Below are positions 13,331 through 25,680 of a stretch of DNA of 64,000 nucleotides, piece after piece. The notes beneath the pieces are model-generated. The model saw only the letters and a list, made by a program, of their open reading frames with translations. It did no database searches and was not told the origin of the DNA. Source of the stretch: Raillietiella orientalis. Lineage: Eukaryota. A program made the position numbers and the translations under genes. The stretch is taken from positions 620,001 to 684,000 of the forward strand of contig JAYWIR010000041.1 in assembly GCA_036172245.1 (NCBI GenBank). Direction: 5' to 3'. How positions within the stretch are numbered: position 1 is the first letter of the stretch; each line of letters opens with the position of its first letter.

Positions 13331-15250
13331 AGTGGGTCATGTGGCTCGATCCAAATGGGGTGGGCCTTCCTCTGCAGCGTATCCATGCACGGCAACGTTT
13401 CCATCCCTCTCAATGTGGTGGGACTCCTTGGAATATCGTTCTCGCCCTCAGGCTACTTTACGCTACCTACTTTACTTCCATACGTTATGTGGAGAGAGAT
13501 GTGGAGGAGAGGAGGGAGATTCTCCCATCCCATTCCAGATCGGCTGAGGGTTGCCTTGCTTCACATTCGATGCCCCAGGAGTTCACTTTTGGAGATTCTA
13601 TGGGAGAGCCTCGTACGCCACAGCCCACCAGACCCTTCCCGATGCCTCCCTTCTGATGCCCCGAGGTTTGACACTACACCGCTCCCTGTGAGCGCTGATA
13701 ATGATGATGCTACCAGCTCCCCGGGAGGGCGCAGCGACTCCTTTGGCCGAGAAGCGATTCGCCCCTCTCTTCACTTCGGATGGGACGGGAGGTAATGAAG
13801 ACGACCGAAGAGGAGAGATCCCGTGAGGCTGGACAGATCGGCTCAGGGTTCTTGTTCGGACGCTCCAAACCTGAAGGATGGAAAACTGAACTGTCCACTC
13901 CTGTTGACTTGGAGAGGATTTCTTCGTCTCTCCCCCGGCCTCCCTCACCCACCATCCTGAGCCCTAGACCCTTTCGCTTTTTGTTTGGTTTGGGCTCGGC
14001 TTTTTCGGACCCACGAAATGGTCAGAGGAAGTGACATCTACCGTGGGGACGACGGCATGCAATGGTTGAGAGCAACCACTCCCAGATGCGCCTAGTCACC
14101 ATTCCTGCAGCTTTCTTGCCCCCTGCAGGAAAGGGCTCTCGAGTCCCTTGCAGGTGGAACATCCCTCGAGATCCCCTGAAGCCACGCCTTTAGCGCATCG
14201 ATAATCCGCCGGCATCATCACTACCCTTAAACTTTTGTACCCAGAAGACAGTGTTTACTGGAGCGAAAGGAGCGAAACCAGGAGAACCAGAATGAGGCCG
14301 CTATGGCGCCGCGGTTTTGCGACGGCTTTTCTTGCTCGCGAGCTGACGGGTTCTTTCGCCTTTTTCGCGCAAGAGGGCGTCTTGAGCTCTCCGCTTTGGC
14401 GGGACTCGATCCGTGCTCCCAGACAGCGGTTAAGGCGCTGGCTCACGTCCCGCTTGATCCCTCCTTCTCCCTTCCTCCCACCCGGCTCCTCGAGGTACTC
14501 TGGCCACTCTGTACTCGAAGTACTCGATTTTCCTGGAAAGGGTTTTCGTCACTCTCCCTTCCTGAAAGTGATGGGCAGAAGGAAGGACTGCTTTGGACTT
14601 CCTGGCCCACTAGAGCATCACCGCACGGATTGGTCTGCGACCTCTTCAGGCTCCAAGGTCGTTCATCCCGAGCCTCCTATATTCACCGCGAGACAACGCC
14701 CTCCTCCTTCCCCGCAACGGCTCTTACTTCCTGGTCCGTTTCCTTCTACCCTACCCCCTCCAGCTGCTGCGAAAGAGCACTTTGGCCGGGCGCATGGCTA
14801 TCCCCGCTGCCAGCTCTCACGCGCTGTGTCGACTACAGGCAGCGGCGAGGAACATCTCCGGATCGGTTCGCTAGGCAATTGGCTCGTGACGGGTATCGAG
14901 GCAGGACAATTCCGGAGATCACCGCTTGACGCATACCGGGCCGTCCCTGGGCAGCCCTGCACGCCTCGTTCTGAGCACGACTCCGACCTTCCGGACGCCA
15001 CGGGTATTCCCGCGCTGCTCCCTCCCATGGCGCTGGAGATCCCACAATGGTCCTCTATTTGCGGCGCTCTCCGCCATTAGTGATCCATCTCAAACGCGCC
15101 AGTGGCGCCCGTGACATCTGGAGGAGCGTCCTCAAACTGCGCGAAGGAAGCCAGGAATCGGCCCGGCATCCCCAGTGTCATCTGCCTCCCCCCCCACCGC
15201 CCGCCCAGCAGAAGGAATCCCACGCCTACCTTCCAGCAAATGGTCCATCA
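13330..15250 (+). mobile_element. Internally deleted LINE ORF2 (EN end/linker, post-RT region, degraded zf-RVT)
   Basis: SPSGYFTLPTLL (cf. GPGYWKLNxSLL); RLFRARGRLELSAL (cf. LPxxxGGLGLPDL); GRTIPEITA aligns with GWTIRELTD of the 46018..46755 ORF; EIPQWSSICGAL (cf. DLQWRILHGAL). Confidence 0.5.
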
Positions 15251-18200
15251 GATGAACCCTGCATCGGTGCGGTTTAATCGTTTGGCTCGACTCTCTTGCT
15301 GTCCCTCCACTCGGAATTCCGAACGTGGGGTCCAGAGCTCTGTACCGTATGGATTCTGATCGGAGTTCTTGTCCGCTCACCAAACATCTCTGCTCACTAG
15401 CTCTGCCTTCATTCTTCATCTGATCCTTTCGTCCCCTTAGAGAGCGTAGTTTGTGTGTGACGATGGAAAAGACTGACCATCTAATCCTTGGAAGAGTCTC
15501 TTTGAAACGAATTTAGGTTTTCTTCATCTGCTACCATCCCAGATATTCTCATGGTCCGATCTTTCCGAATCCTAGTGAGCTGCTTTCATCCGCGGTCTCC
15601 TTCGGTGATAGATCAGGCAGGATCCTTGCCTCTTTGGCGTTCTATCCCGTTCGATTCAGGAATTCGGACTCTGAAGCACTTCTTGTAGTGCTCTCCGCGC
15701 ACATCCGGAAGGGTGTCACCTATCCCTCTCAGGTCAGCTACCCTTTGCACGAACCTCAACGTTCGCACCTTCTGTCACGCTATTCGCGCGTCCCCAAAGG
15801 CCCTGTCTCGGATGCAGAGGCCTTGTCGCATCCTCGACGATGACAAAGATGGGGACTTTCCTTATTCTTTCGAGCTGTTTTTTCCTCTTCTTTGTTTTTT
15901 AGTGGAAAACACTGGTGGGCACGGAATGGAACGCAAGAGAGTCGTCGCTTCCGCCATGTCATGCGAAATCACAGGCAGGCGAAAACTTCAAAACTGTGCT
16001 CTCTTTCGAAGAAAAGAAAGAAAGGAAGGAAGGCAGAAAAAAAAAAAAAAGGTGGGCTCGAGCATGGATTCCGGATGTGCACGAGAGCCTGGGAGAGAGG
16101 AAAGTGCGAAGTGGTCACAAAAACGGAAAGCTCACCCTGCAAGTGCATTTCAATGCAGGAACCAGCTGTACGCAATTGCAGTTTGCTTTCCTGATGCTTT
16201 CGTCGAAGCAGTGATTTGTGGGTGGCTTCGGCGTGATTCAGTTTCACGCCTTCGGTCTGCACGCGAAAGACCGCCTGTCCGAGGCTCACACACCCCGGAA
16301 TGTACGTAAAGATGGAGTCAGTACGTTGCCAACCTCGCGGTCCCTTATGCAGCTTCGAGCTCGAGCCGCGTTCGAAGCGTGGGAATGGTGCCTGGGTCCA
16401 TCGGAATGACAGGGGACCGTGGCAGTGGAACCTTGGCGGCAATCCGGATGCAGCCCTGGTTTATCTGAGGATGCTGCTGCTGCCGCTGCTTGTACGCAGC
16501 CTCCTGCCTCCCCGGAGGGAGGCCTCTCTTCTCGAACACGTGCAAGAGAAAAATTCCCGCGATGCGACCTACGGCTCCGATGTCATTACGTCATCTTGTG
16601 CTTCGGCAAATGAGCAGTTTCGAGGAAGAGATGGAATGAAACCGCTGGAATGAATCCCGCGAGTCAGCCGGTAAGGACTGCTCTGTCCACTTCCGTGGCG
16701 GTGGTTCCGTCAGACTCCAAGTGGAAAAATCGGAAACCGAGCGTGCGAACTTGTCAGCCGAGGACTGCTGGAAGATCTCTTCAATAGCAAAGCTGATCGG
16801 TCAGAATTGCCATTATTGAAAGGATTTCTGATCCTTCTTGTCCTTGGATTTTACTTGAATGCAAATGGAAGCTGCATTTGATTGCATCCAAATTCCATTT
16901 GCCCACGACAAGATCCTGGCAACGTTCGTTCGATTTCGATCTTCCGATTGATGGCACATCCGTAAACTAAGGTGCGGTCCGGGAAAGCTCCCAAAACTCA
17001 GCTTCTCAACTTGGCATCTTTTCCCTTTTCCGCAGTGAAGATGTTTTTCAAACTGCGCGTGTCGTAACACGGTAAACCAAGTTGCATCTGAGACATCAGA
17101 TGTGGATGCAAGGAAGGAAGCGATCAGAGTCAGAATAGGGACTAAGTGCAAACCTCCCTTCGTTCGTGGCACGTCCAGGGCGCCTGCCAACCACTGCCAG
17201 CAGACATTTTATAGACCAAGAACCTCGTGGTCCTAAATGCACGTGTTCGCTGGATTAAATTGCGCCGTCAGTCCCGCTTCCGACTTGATTCTTCATGAGA
17301 ACTCTGCGAAATTTTTTCTTTCCTCGGACCAAATGATCCACTTCAAGTTGCCGTCGTTTATTTAACACAAATCATTTGGATCAGTGGGATCCAACCACGC
17401 AAGGCAGGTTCCATCTGGCTTTCGTCTGTACCCTCTGATGAGCTTTGGGTCGGCTCCCAAAGAACCATTCACAAAACCATCTTGTCGAAAGGGATGTGGC
17501 GTGTCGATCGTGAAGGACAAAGTCGAACTGCTTGAATTTCATGTAAAATCAATTTTTATGTGTCGAGTCCCCTCTCTCTTAGGGAAGCTGGTTCCTCCTT
17601 TAGATCATTTCGCACGAGTGCTTCAAGGGGTGACACTTGGATCCTTTGCTTGTTCCTCTCTTCACAATTGTTTTCATGACCTTTGCCTTCCAAGAAAGAA
17701 AGCTTCGATTACCTTCCAGGTGTCCAAGAAGAGCTGCGCAGGAAAGTCACCCTAGCAGCCATGGGATGATCCTCTGGCACGTTTGCAGGGTTAAGCAGTC
17801 CAGGTCATTGCTACCTTGGGAATAGACAGGTGCTGCTCTCCAAATTGCCTGATCAGGCAAGTGCTGTGCCCGCTAAAGAAAGCTTTAAAATAGATCCAGG
17901 ACTCTTGGTCGTCTTCGTTGATGATCACCGAGACCAACTCGGACCTCGAAGGTTTTCAGACCAACACTGCTTTGCTTCTTGCTTGCGGCTTCGCCTTTCG
18001 GTTGATCACCCAGAACAGTTCACTGGATAGCTTTGTGGAGTCACCCCCTTTGCTCATGAGCAATGCCCTTCGTTCACATCTCTTTGAGCTCCTGCAAAGA
18101 ACTCGTCGTTGAACGGAATTCCTCTATGGGAGAAGGAGAAAAGACGCTTGCTTATTAAGAAGATGCTTTTCTAGTGCCCTGTTCCTACTTTGCATGTTGT

Positions 18201-18989
18201 ACTGCGAGTCATTTGTGTAAACCTCCAACATTTTTGAAGTTCGTCACGAAAGTGATTCACCGATCTGGTCATCAGAGCACTGACGGTGTGGATGAACTGT
18301 TTCCAAGGTCTTCCTGGGACTTGCGCAGAGACTCAAGTACATTTTTAACTCTCTAGGAAAAATTCCTTCTAGGAGTTTCAACCTTAAGGTGGGAAAGAAC
18401 TAGAATTCCCTCATCGAACTCTTAGGGCCGGCTTTCTAGCCCCGCATTACTCGCTATGGTTCTCCCATGGAAACGAAAATTCCCGATCTTCACGGTTGCT
18501 AAAATAGAGCCTTCGCGATGTATCGTTGGGAATTCTTTTTGCCTCCTCCAATTCGAGCCCCTTAATCTTCTTATCACTCCCAAGACATCATTATAAATTT
18601 TATGTTAATTATCAGGCATAAAATAAAATATATGATTAATTAATGTACTTAGTATAAGGGGGTATTCCAAAAGGGGAAAAAGTACTTTTCCTGAACACTC
18701 GTGTCAAAGGCTGCACCACGACCACCAAGCAGAAATCTCTCAGAGTCGTGGAAACGCCAACGGGAAGCTTCCAAAGCATTTTGGATTCCCTCCTATTATT
18801 TATTCATCCTGACAGCTTCGTCCGCATTTTGTTTGGCAGATGCTGCGCTGACCGCATATCGAAGGAGACTGGCTTCGACTTTAATCTCGTCACATAAGGA
18901 ATATCGTGTATGGAGAACTGGATGACCGTCCATAACAGGAGGAGTACCGGATCTTTGGCATTTGACCGATGTTTCCAATTACTTGAGGT

Positions 18990-19735
18990 ATATTCTTTTT
19001 TTTGGTTCGCCAAGTGCCTCAAGGGCCGGTCGCGTGCCTCGCGGCGACACTTCCGCCCCACCCGCGGAAGGTGCGTGTTATATTCTTCAAGATAGGGGCA
19101 TCCCGGAAGGGAGGGATGAATCCAGGAAGGCTCAGAGCCCGTTCCTCTCACGCTTGGGGAGGGATCCACTTCTGGGTGGGATCGCATCTCCCATCCTGGT
19201 TGTCTCCAAAGGGAATCTCCTTCCTCATTCTCTTCGGAGGGATCCCACCGGAAGGGGGGGTCCTCTCCGTTTCATCTTCTCCGAAGGGAACCCGCAAAGG
19301 ATCCGCTAGTAGGAATTTCTTCTCCGGAGGGAATGGAAACCGCTCCTGTTCACCTCTCTGAAGAGAACCCCAAAGAATTCAGAGGGGCCACTGCAGCTTC
19401 CCGCAGGGGGATCGCTCTCGCTTGCTTCCTTGTACTCCTTCTGGAGAGGCGGCGACTCGGAGGGTCCCCCTGCAGCCGGGGCGGATCCGCTCCTGGAGAC
19501 AACTGGAGAGGTGCCTGTGAAGCACCTGTTCCATCTTGAAACCGGAGGGGTCCGGTGGGGGGGTCCGCTCTTCGTTGTACGACCGGAAGGGGAACTCCCC
19601 ACTCCTTGATTCCTGGAAGGACCCGAAGGTCGACTCCCGTTGCTCCGACCGTCATCGGGGGTCTCCGGCTTAAACCACCACCGGTGCCACGCCCGAATGT
19701 TTCCGGTCAGCTAGCGCCACTGCAGGAGAAACTCA
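18990..19735 (-). mobile_element. LINE 5'UTR copy ending at an internal A-run
   Basis: Colinear with 31540-32171 (e.g. atgaatccaggaagg, gttcctctcacgc, ggtcgactccc, tcatcggggg) and with 27388-27687 in the opposite orientation. Confidence 0.75.
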
Positions 19736-19839
19736 GAACCCAACGACTGAGTGGCGTCAGTTTCCGCCGGAGAATTCGAACCCGCGACGCGTGGTGCCAC
19801 ACGCAGAAGCCTTAACCACAAAGCCTCGGATGCGCGCCC
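19736..19839 (-). mobile_element. tRNA-derived SINE head (tRNA-His-like), not a functional tRNA
   Basis: The minus strand reads ggcgcgcatccg-aggctttgtgg(A box, 19816-19826)-ttaaggcttctgcgtgtggc...gcg-ggttcgaattc(B box, 19772-19782). The middle resembles tRNA-His GTGGTTAGTACTCTGCGTTGTGGC. The acceptor stem does not pair. Confidence 0.6.
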
Positions 19840-21185
19840 TTGAATGAAAGGCAAAGATAGGAATAGATGCTAATTTTTAGTTAAAGACTCCGAACATCAA
19901 CGGCAGATATTTGGAATATTATTTTTGTTCAAGGTTGAAATCGATAACGAACTAATCTTCCTGATTGAAGAGGTATCAGAATCCAAATCACAAAAAGAAG
20001 ATGCCATGCCGAGGTGAGGGCGAAAATTGCATAGAGATGCATAGAAAGAAACGAGACTCAAGAATTGGCATGAATTCCCTGGAATTTAGAAGCTTCGATG
20101 TCTCAAAGTCCAGAGTGGCACGCGATTTTCCGATAACGGAGAACGGATCGGCAGATGGAATCAACTGAAAGCAATAGAGGAAATGGAATTCCATGGAGTA
20201 AACAAGTGAACAGAAGACGGTAATGCAATAGGAGAAGAGAATGTTTTGGAGGATCTGTGCGATGGAACAGCATCTTCTTGCTTGCAAGTTTTCAACTTGC
20301 AAAAGCAGAATACGACGGCAGAGGTACACTCTGTTCAAAGAGCAAAGCAGCCTCGACGTGCATCAAAGGAAACTCATTCAGGCTTTTAATCTGCATCCAT
20401 CATAAGAAAAATCATCTGCAGCTAATTCTAATGGATGCAAGGGATGTTATAAACCTTGTGCTATCCGCTCAGTAGTATGTCGGTTGGCTGCCATTCGATC
20501 CATCCATTTATTCAAAAAATGAATTTCTCGCTTTGAATTATCTACGTGTCTTGAAATAAGCTGTGTCCTTTAGGAAGAGAAAATCTGGACTTCTTGAGCG
20601 CTTGTCTGTTCAGCTTGGATAGTTTTGCGGTTGCCACATTCTCTGCAAACTGCCGACCACGGGAAGTCGATAGATGTCGGTAATTAAGATCGAAGGCAGT
20701 ACTTGCGTGCTGCAGTGTCGAGACACTTGTGACCATCATTTTGGAGCAGACAACGACGTTTAAGGAACCTGCATGTGAGCTACGGAGGAAACACGTTTTC
20801 CTGGTGTCTGCCATTATGCATTTGATGATCATCACTGACCCAAATCTTAGCTTAGGAGCTCTATTGGAAAATGCCAGAGTATGGATCCTTTAAGGATTTA
20901 GAATTTTGGATCAGGAGCATCCATAGTAGGCTCAAATGGAAAAGTGGATTCTAATGCTTTCCAGAATATCTTTATTCGGAGTTTTCCTGCATTGAATCAC
21001 TGAATTACGAACGATTTCGTTGTTCCTAACCAGGAAAAGGGCATTCCATAGATACGAAAATCTACAATTCCAAGAGTTTTTTTTTTTTTTTCTTTCATGT
21101 GGGATAGGCGGGATGATCCCGCATCACTGCAGTTCTCACGTCACAAGTTGCAAATTTTCAACCGCACACTCAGGCCAGCACGTAC

Positions 21186-21544
21186 CCATTTTGCCCGTGG
21201 TTTGAGCGTTCTACAGGGTTGCCAAAATCGACCCTGAGTGAAGCGAGGGCCATTTGAAAAGCACGGATGAAGAGGAAGAGAAACATCGTTTGTAACCCAG
21301 CTGAAATCAATATATCAAAGGGAGAGTGAATTCTGCTTAGGATTGTCCTTTGGAAAACCACTCACTGGTCATTAGGTTGGGCTGGAAACTCTTGTGAATG
21401 CTTGGTAGGCAATTCAGAACAAATTCATGATGGCGTAGGAAGTGGTCATCACGTGGCCAAACTTTCCTATGCAACTGCAAAAGTGCTAGGAAGAATATCT
21501 CGAAATTATCTTGCACATCCCTCTGAACTCTGTGAATGGATTTT
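21186..21544 (-). CDS. Two candidate coding exons (21366-21544 and 21186-21300) of an unidentified gene
   Basis: ttttag acceptor, gtgagt donor, 65-nt intron ending tttcag and gtacgt donor. The exons join in frame (KSIHRVQRDVQDNFEIFFLALLQ...NLMT/TGLQTMFLFLFIRAF...). No family recognised. Confidence 0.25.
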
Positions 21545-23479
21545 CTAAAATTAAATGTAAGATTTCGTGTTCCCAGCATACAGGATATCAACGGTTCTCA
21601 AAACTTCTGAGCGAACCTGAGGATTCCTTGGTACGCATGAAATCTTGAGATTGTCTTTTTCCGTCGTGAAGACCAGGGATGCAAATTTTGCGGTTTTGGC
21701 AAGCGTTGGGACTGGACAGGGTATGCACGAGGTCAAGGCTAATGGGCGATTAGAGAAATACGCCAAAAACATGCATCTCGATTACATGGTTTTGCAAAAA
21801 TCTTAAATTATTATCATTTGAATTTTCAGTGTTTTGTTTTGTTTTGTTTCGTTGTTTCATTTTCTTCGGCTTTGGTTCATTTTTCAAAACAAAAGAGTGC
21901 AAGAAACATCACAAGGGATGTTGCCAGGTAGAGATCTTAGGAAACTCTCTCATTCTTCATTTTCAATTATTCTTTCCATGCAGGCAGAGATGACACTGGA
22001 CAGTGTTGACCTTCCCGGATTACCCGTATTGAAGTCGGATTTTCCAATGCGTCATTCATTTGCCGGATTCAGCATCCTTGAGGCGATCTGATTCTTTCCA
22101 TCTCCAGTGCCGCTGCAGCCATCACTCCCAAGACGGACGCGAGTGCAAACCCAACGAAATCGCGTAGGGTTTCGTTGTTCTGAGAACATTACTATTCAAA
22201 TTTAGAATCATGTGATGGAAATATTCCTCGGGATTGTGGGTCTAAGGAGCACTTGGAATTTGGAAAAGAATGCGAGACTTTGTAAGGACTACGTTTAGCT
22301 GATGATGCCGATTTCTTGTGGAACAAAGGGAGTAATTGGGAAAATGAGAAGGTGTTGCGGGAAGGAAAAGAAGATGGAAGCGACGTCCTGGCGCTGTAGA
22401 TGTCCAGAAGCACAGCGGTTCCAGTGAGCAGCCCAATCCATCGAATCCGTTAGAAGCCCCACGCACTGCAAGAGGGCACGAAATGCAACTCTGCTAGAGT
22501 GGGCCTGAGAACTGCTTCGGTTCGCCGTTGAATTCCACGCATTCCCGAGTCATCCGTGTGTCTTTAGGAACGCCTTCGTAGTGAACAGGATGTGCACAGA
22601 CACGCCCTCGGAACTTTCGCTTGCATCCATCAGGTTTCCTTCTTCGTACAGTCCGATGAAAGTGGTTTCCAGTCCAGAGTTCCTCACGCTTAAGGATGTT
22701 TCGGACTTTGCAAAGGTTCGGACGGCGAAAAGTGCTGTGGGTTGCTTTGTCGGCAGCGGCGAGTCTTTGAGAACACCAGTGTCCAGGCAGAGGTGTGGGA
22801 GTTTGGAAAAAAGTGAATCCGGGAACGGACGACGCCTCGATCAAAGAATCGGCGAGCTGTTCTCAAAGTCGAACGTCTGAGAAGAGTCAGCCAAACACCC
22901 GCAGATTTCGGATTTTCCAGCCCCTTGGAGAAGAAACGAACGATTTTCTACGGAATGCTGTGGAAGGGTCGTTTTAGATCAGATTAAAAAGGAGGAACCT
23001 CAAACAGAGAGGCGGAGAGTCTCATCAGAAAAGTTGTTGAATGCGAATACCAAGTGCCTTCAAGCATTCAAGTGGTTTAGGAATGGGTAGAACCTCGCTA
23101 CAAGAGAGCCATTCCCTTACCAAGGAGTAGTAGGATTTTTCTGAGGCATTCCCCTGTTCATCCGGGGGCAAGGTGCATGTTTTTCCCCTTTTCCTTTATT
23201 TTCCAGAAGTGTGGAGGTGTGGTACAAGACCTCTTTTCCCGTACCTTTTATAGCCTTTTTTAATCCCCTAGCCCTTCCGAAACACCTCGACGTGATGGCA
23301 ACAAATAAAGCTCTAGAGAAGATCTGTACATCAATTCAGTTGGTGTTTTTTGAAGGAAGTGTTTTTGAGGGAAGATCGAAAAGTTTTTTGATCCAAAAAG
23401 ACTTCCAAAGGTCCAACAGCACGGAGCTTTTTTTTTTCAGTTGACCCTCAAACGCTTCTAAACGTTCAGCATGTTTTCC

Positions 23480-24110
23480 TCACCGATGCACAGATACTCT
23501 CTCGGTGAAACCAAAAGTTTCAATCCCTGGAAAGTTTGCCTGCTCCCGGAAGGGGAATGCCATGCCGGCGTTCCGGCCAGCTGGACACCAGCGGGCACAA
23601 GAGGTCTGCAAGAATGAAGTGTCATTTCCATTCCGGTGGCAGATGCTCACGGTGGGAACCATCCCGAGGAGTGGATGTGACCACTTAAGCACGTCACGGA
23701 GCACAAACCAGCAGCCACGTCCCCTTTTCGGGATCACCTCCTGAAACTCTGCAGCCAGCGGTGTGATGTCGCGCAGGACAAATGGCAAAGGCCCCGCAGC
23801 CAAGCATAAATTGACCCGGTTCTGAAAGGAAGGAACGGCCGAACCAAAGACCCCTGTCCCCTGCCCTCCATATTTTTCTTTTTATTTTTTATAGTAGTGT
23901 ATTTGTGGTCCCCTCCCTCCCGTTCCGGACTTTCGGCATACCGACCTGCGTGTCGGGGATCCCACCCCCTTCGTCTCTTGTTTTTCCCTTTGTCCAGGAA
24001 CTCTGTTCCCGGATAGTTTTTAATAAACGCCCCGGCGCACCCGGGTGATAACAAGCATAAATTGACCGCCAGCATTCTACCAATAGCCATGTGCTCCTGC
24101 TTCTGAAATA
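23480..24110 (-). mobile_element. LINE endonuclease remnant split by a younger insertion
   Basis: Removing 23817-24067 rejoins GRMLAVNLCL/AAGPLPFVLRDITP, which resembles the APE GR-x-L-x-V...L-x-NIYAP motif. Confidence 0.5.
23817..24051 (+). mobile_element. 5'-truncated LINE (3'UTR only) with a 16-bp TSD
   Basis: Perfect direct repeat caagcataaattgacc at 23801-23816 and 24052-24067. Homologous to 48770-48913. Ends aataaacgccccggcgcacccgggtgataa. Confidence 0.9.
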
Positions 24111-24754
24111 CCAACAGATGATGGTTTCTGCGTGGAGACGTGTATAAATCGAAAATTGTAGCGGGTGCATTCGATAGAATCATACATTACATAACTATGT
24201 AGACAAAATACAATGAAAGTGTGCAGAGTTTTCAAAGGAGTAAATTCAGTTGCAACCATCCATTCAACCAGAATCCACGGAAAGAGCAGGCATCACCTGA
24301 GAGCCGAGTTCCAAAGGAAGAAACTGTGACCCTTTGACCCACTTTGGTTCCTCGTGAACCGAGGTCGTGTAAGCGGGCGCTCGAAGAGACGGAGAACCCG
24401 CCTGAGCGAACGCAACAGCTGAAATTCGTGCTGGTTACGAGAGAGAATGACGGTGCGGCGCCATTTTCGATTACGGGAAGCTCTCTGCCGTCCCGCAGGA
24501 CACCTTCCCGGTGGCCGCTAGCCTGTCCCTTCGAGAGCCCGAAGACCGAAACGCTTTCTCGCTGCTGCAGGCTCTCCGCGCGTCAAAGGACTGCAAACGC
24601 CACGTGGAGCAGACCGCGACATCGGGAACCGACCGGTCACGTGTCAACAGGCACTAAGAGACTGATTACTTACTCTCTCCTCCACCAGTCATTAAAGAAA
24701 CGGGAAGAGCGGAACACTGCAGTCGTAAAGCAGCGTTTTACGAGACGGAGAACT

Positions 24755-24788
<34 letters not shown>

Positions 24789-25544
24789 CAAAGGAAAGAA
24801 AAAGGAAAGGGCATCAGTAACAAAGTGACATCCAGCATGAGCCGCCTCTTATCAAAGCGCGAGCGCACATCGGATGAAATAAATTAACACCTGCCAATCA
24901 GCCGCAAAGGACAGCGAATCGTCGGCTGCGGGCGCGCGTATTTATTTTCCGAGATTGGAGATCAGATTGAGTCAACGCCTGAAGTACGGGATGTGCAGCG
25001 GGTCGAGACCGCGGAGTCTGCTGGGGTCGGGGGAGGGGGTCAGCCAGCGAAGGGGTGGTGGCTCGCGCTCGCAGGCGGCGGGATTGGGACGCAGCAGCAG
25101 CAGGCAGGCAGACGGAAGCGCCTTCCCGAAGGCGGCCCACGGGGCACGGGGCCGGCCAGAGGCAGCCCGCAACGGGTTTTCCTCCTGCGGCCGAGAAAAG
25201 CATCCAACGATCCGACGCCTCTGTGAGGTTTCCGTTCTGGACGGCGAAGAGGAGGAAACCGTGGGCAACGCACCTCAGTGATGACCGGCGCGTCCAGCGA
25301 GGGGGTCAGACGGCGCCGGTCGAAATCCCGAGCGCCGAAAGATCACGAAGAAAGAACACGTGTGCCTATTCTGTGTGTTAATGTATGGATTGATGGACAA
25401 ATTTATTTTAGCGTACATATCTATTAATGTTCACTAAGTTGCGTGATCATATCAATATTTTTTCAGCACAAATATTTGTTGATATTTATAACATACATAT
25501 TATTAGTAATGTAATTAACCATGCGTATGAATACATATATCATA

Positions 25545-25680
25545 AATGTTACGTTACGTTATGTTATGTTATACGTTATGCCATGTTATACGTTAATTGC
25601 ATACGTCATACGTTATGACATGACATGACATGTCATGTTATGTTATGTTATGTTTGATGTTATGTCATGTCGTGTTATGA
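25545..25680. repeat. (TGTTA)/(CATGA) pentanucleotide microsatellite inside an AT-rich insert
   Basis: Direct reading: tgttacgttacgttatgttatgtt...atgacatgacatgaca...tgttatgttatgtta. Confidence 0.85.

Noticed and set aside
16800..18120. Candidate minus-strand exons (SELVSVIINEDDQESWIYFKAFF..., GDFPAQLFLDTWK)
   Set aside because: No recognisable homology and ambiguous splice sites.
19763..19839. Functional tRNA-His gene
   Set aside because: The acceptor and anticodon stems do not pair; interpreted as a SINE head.
23907..23970. Possible HDV-like ribozyme in the 3'UTR (ggtcccc/ggggatc P1-like helix around gac-ctgcgt-gtc)
   Set aside because: No GG after P1 for P1.1, no P4/J4-2 or P2 partner, and the helix is not kept in the 48.8-kb copy. 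A simple hairpin explains it.
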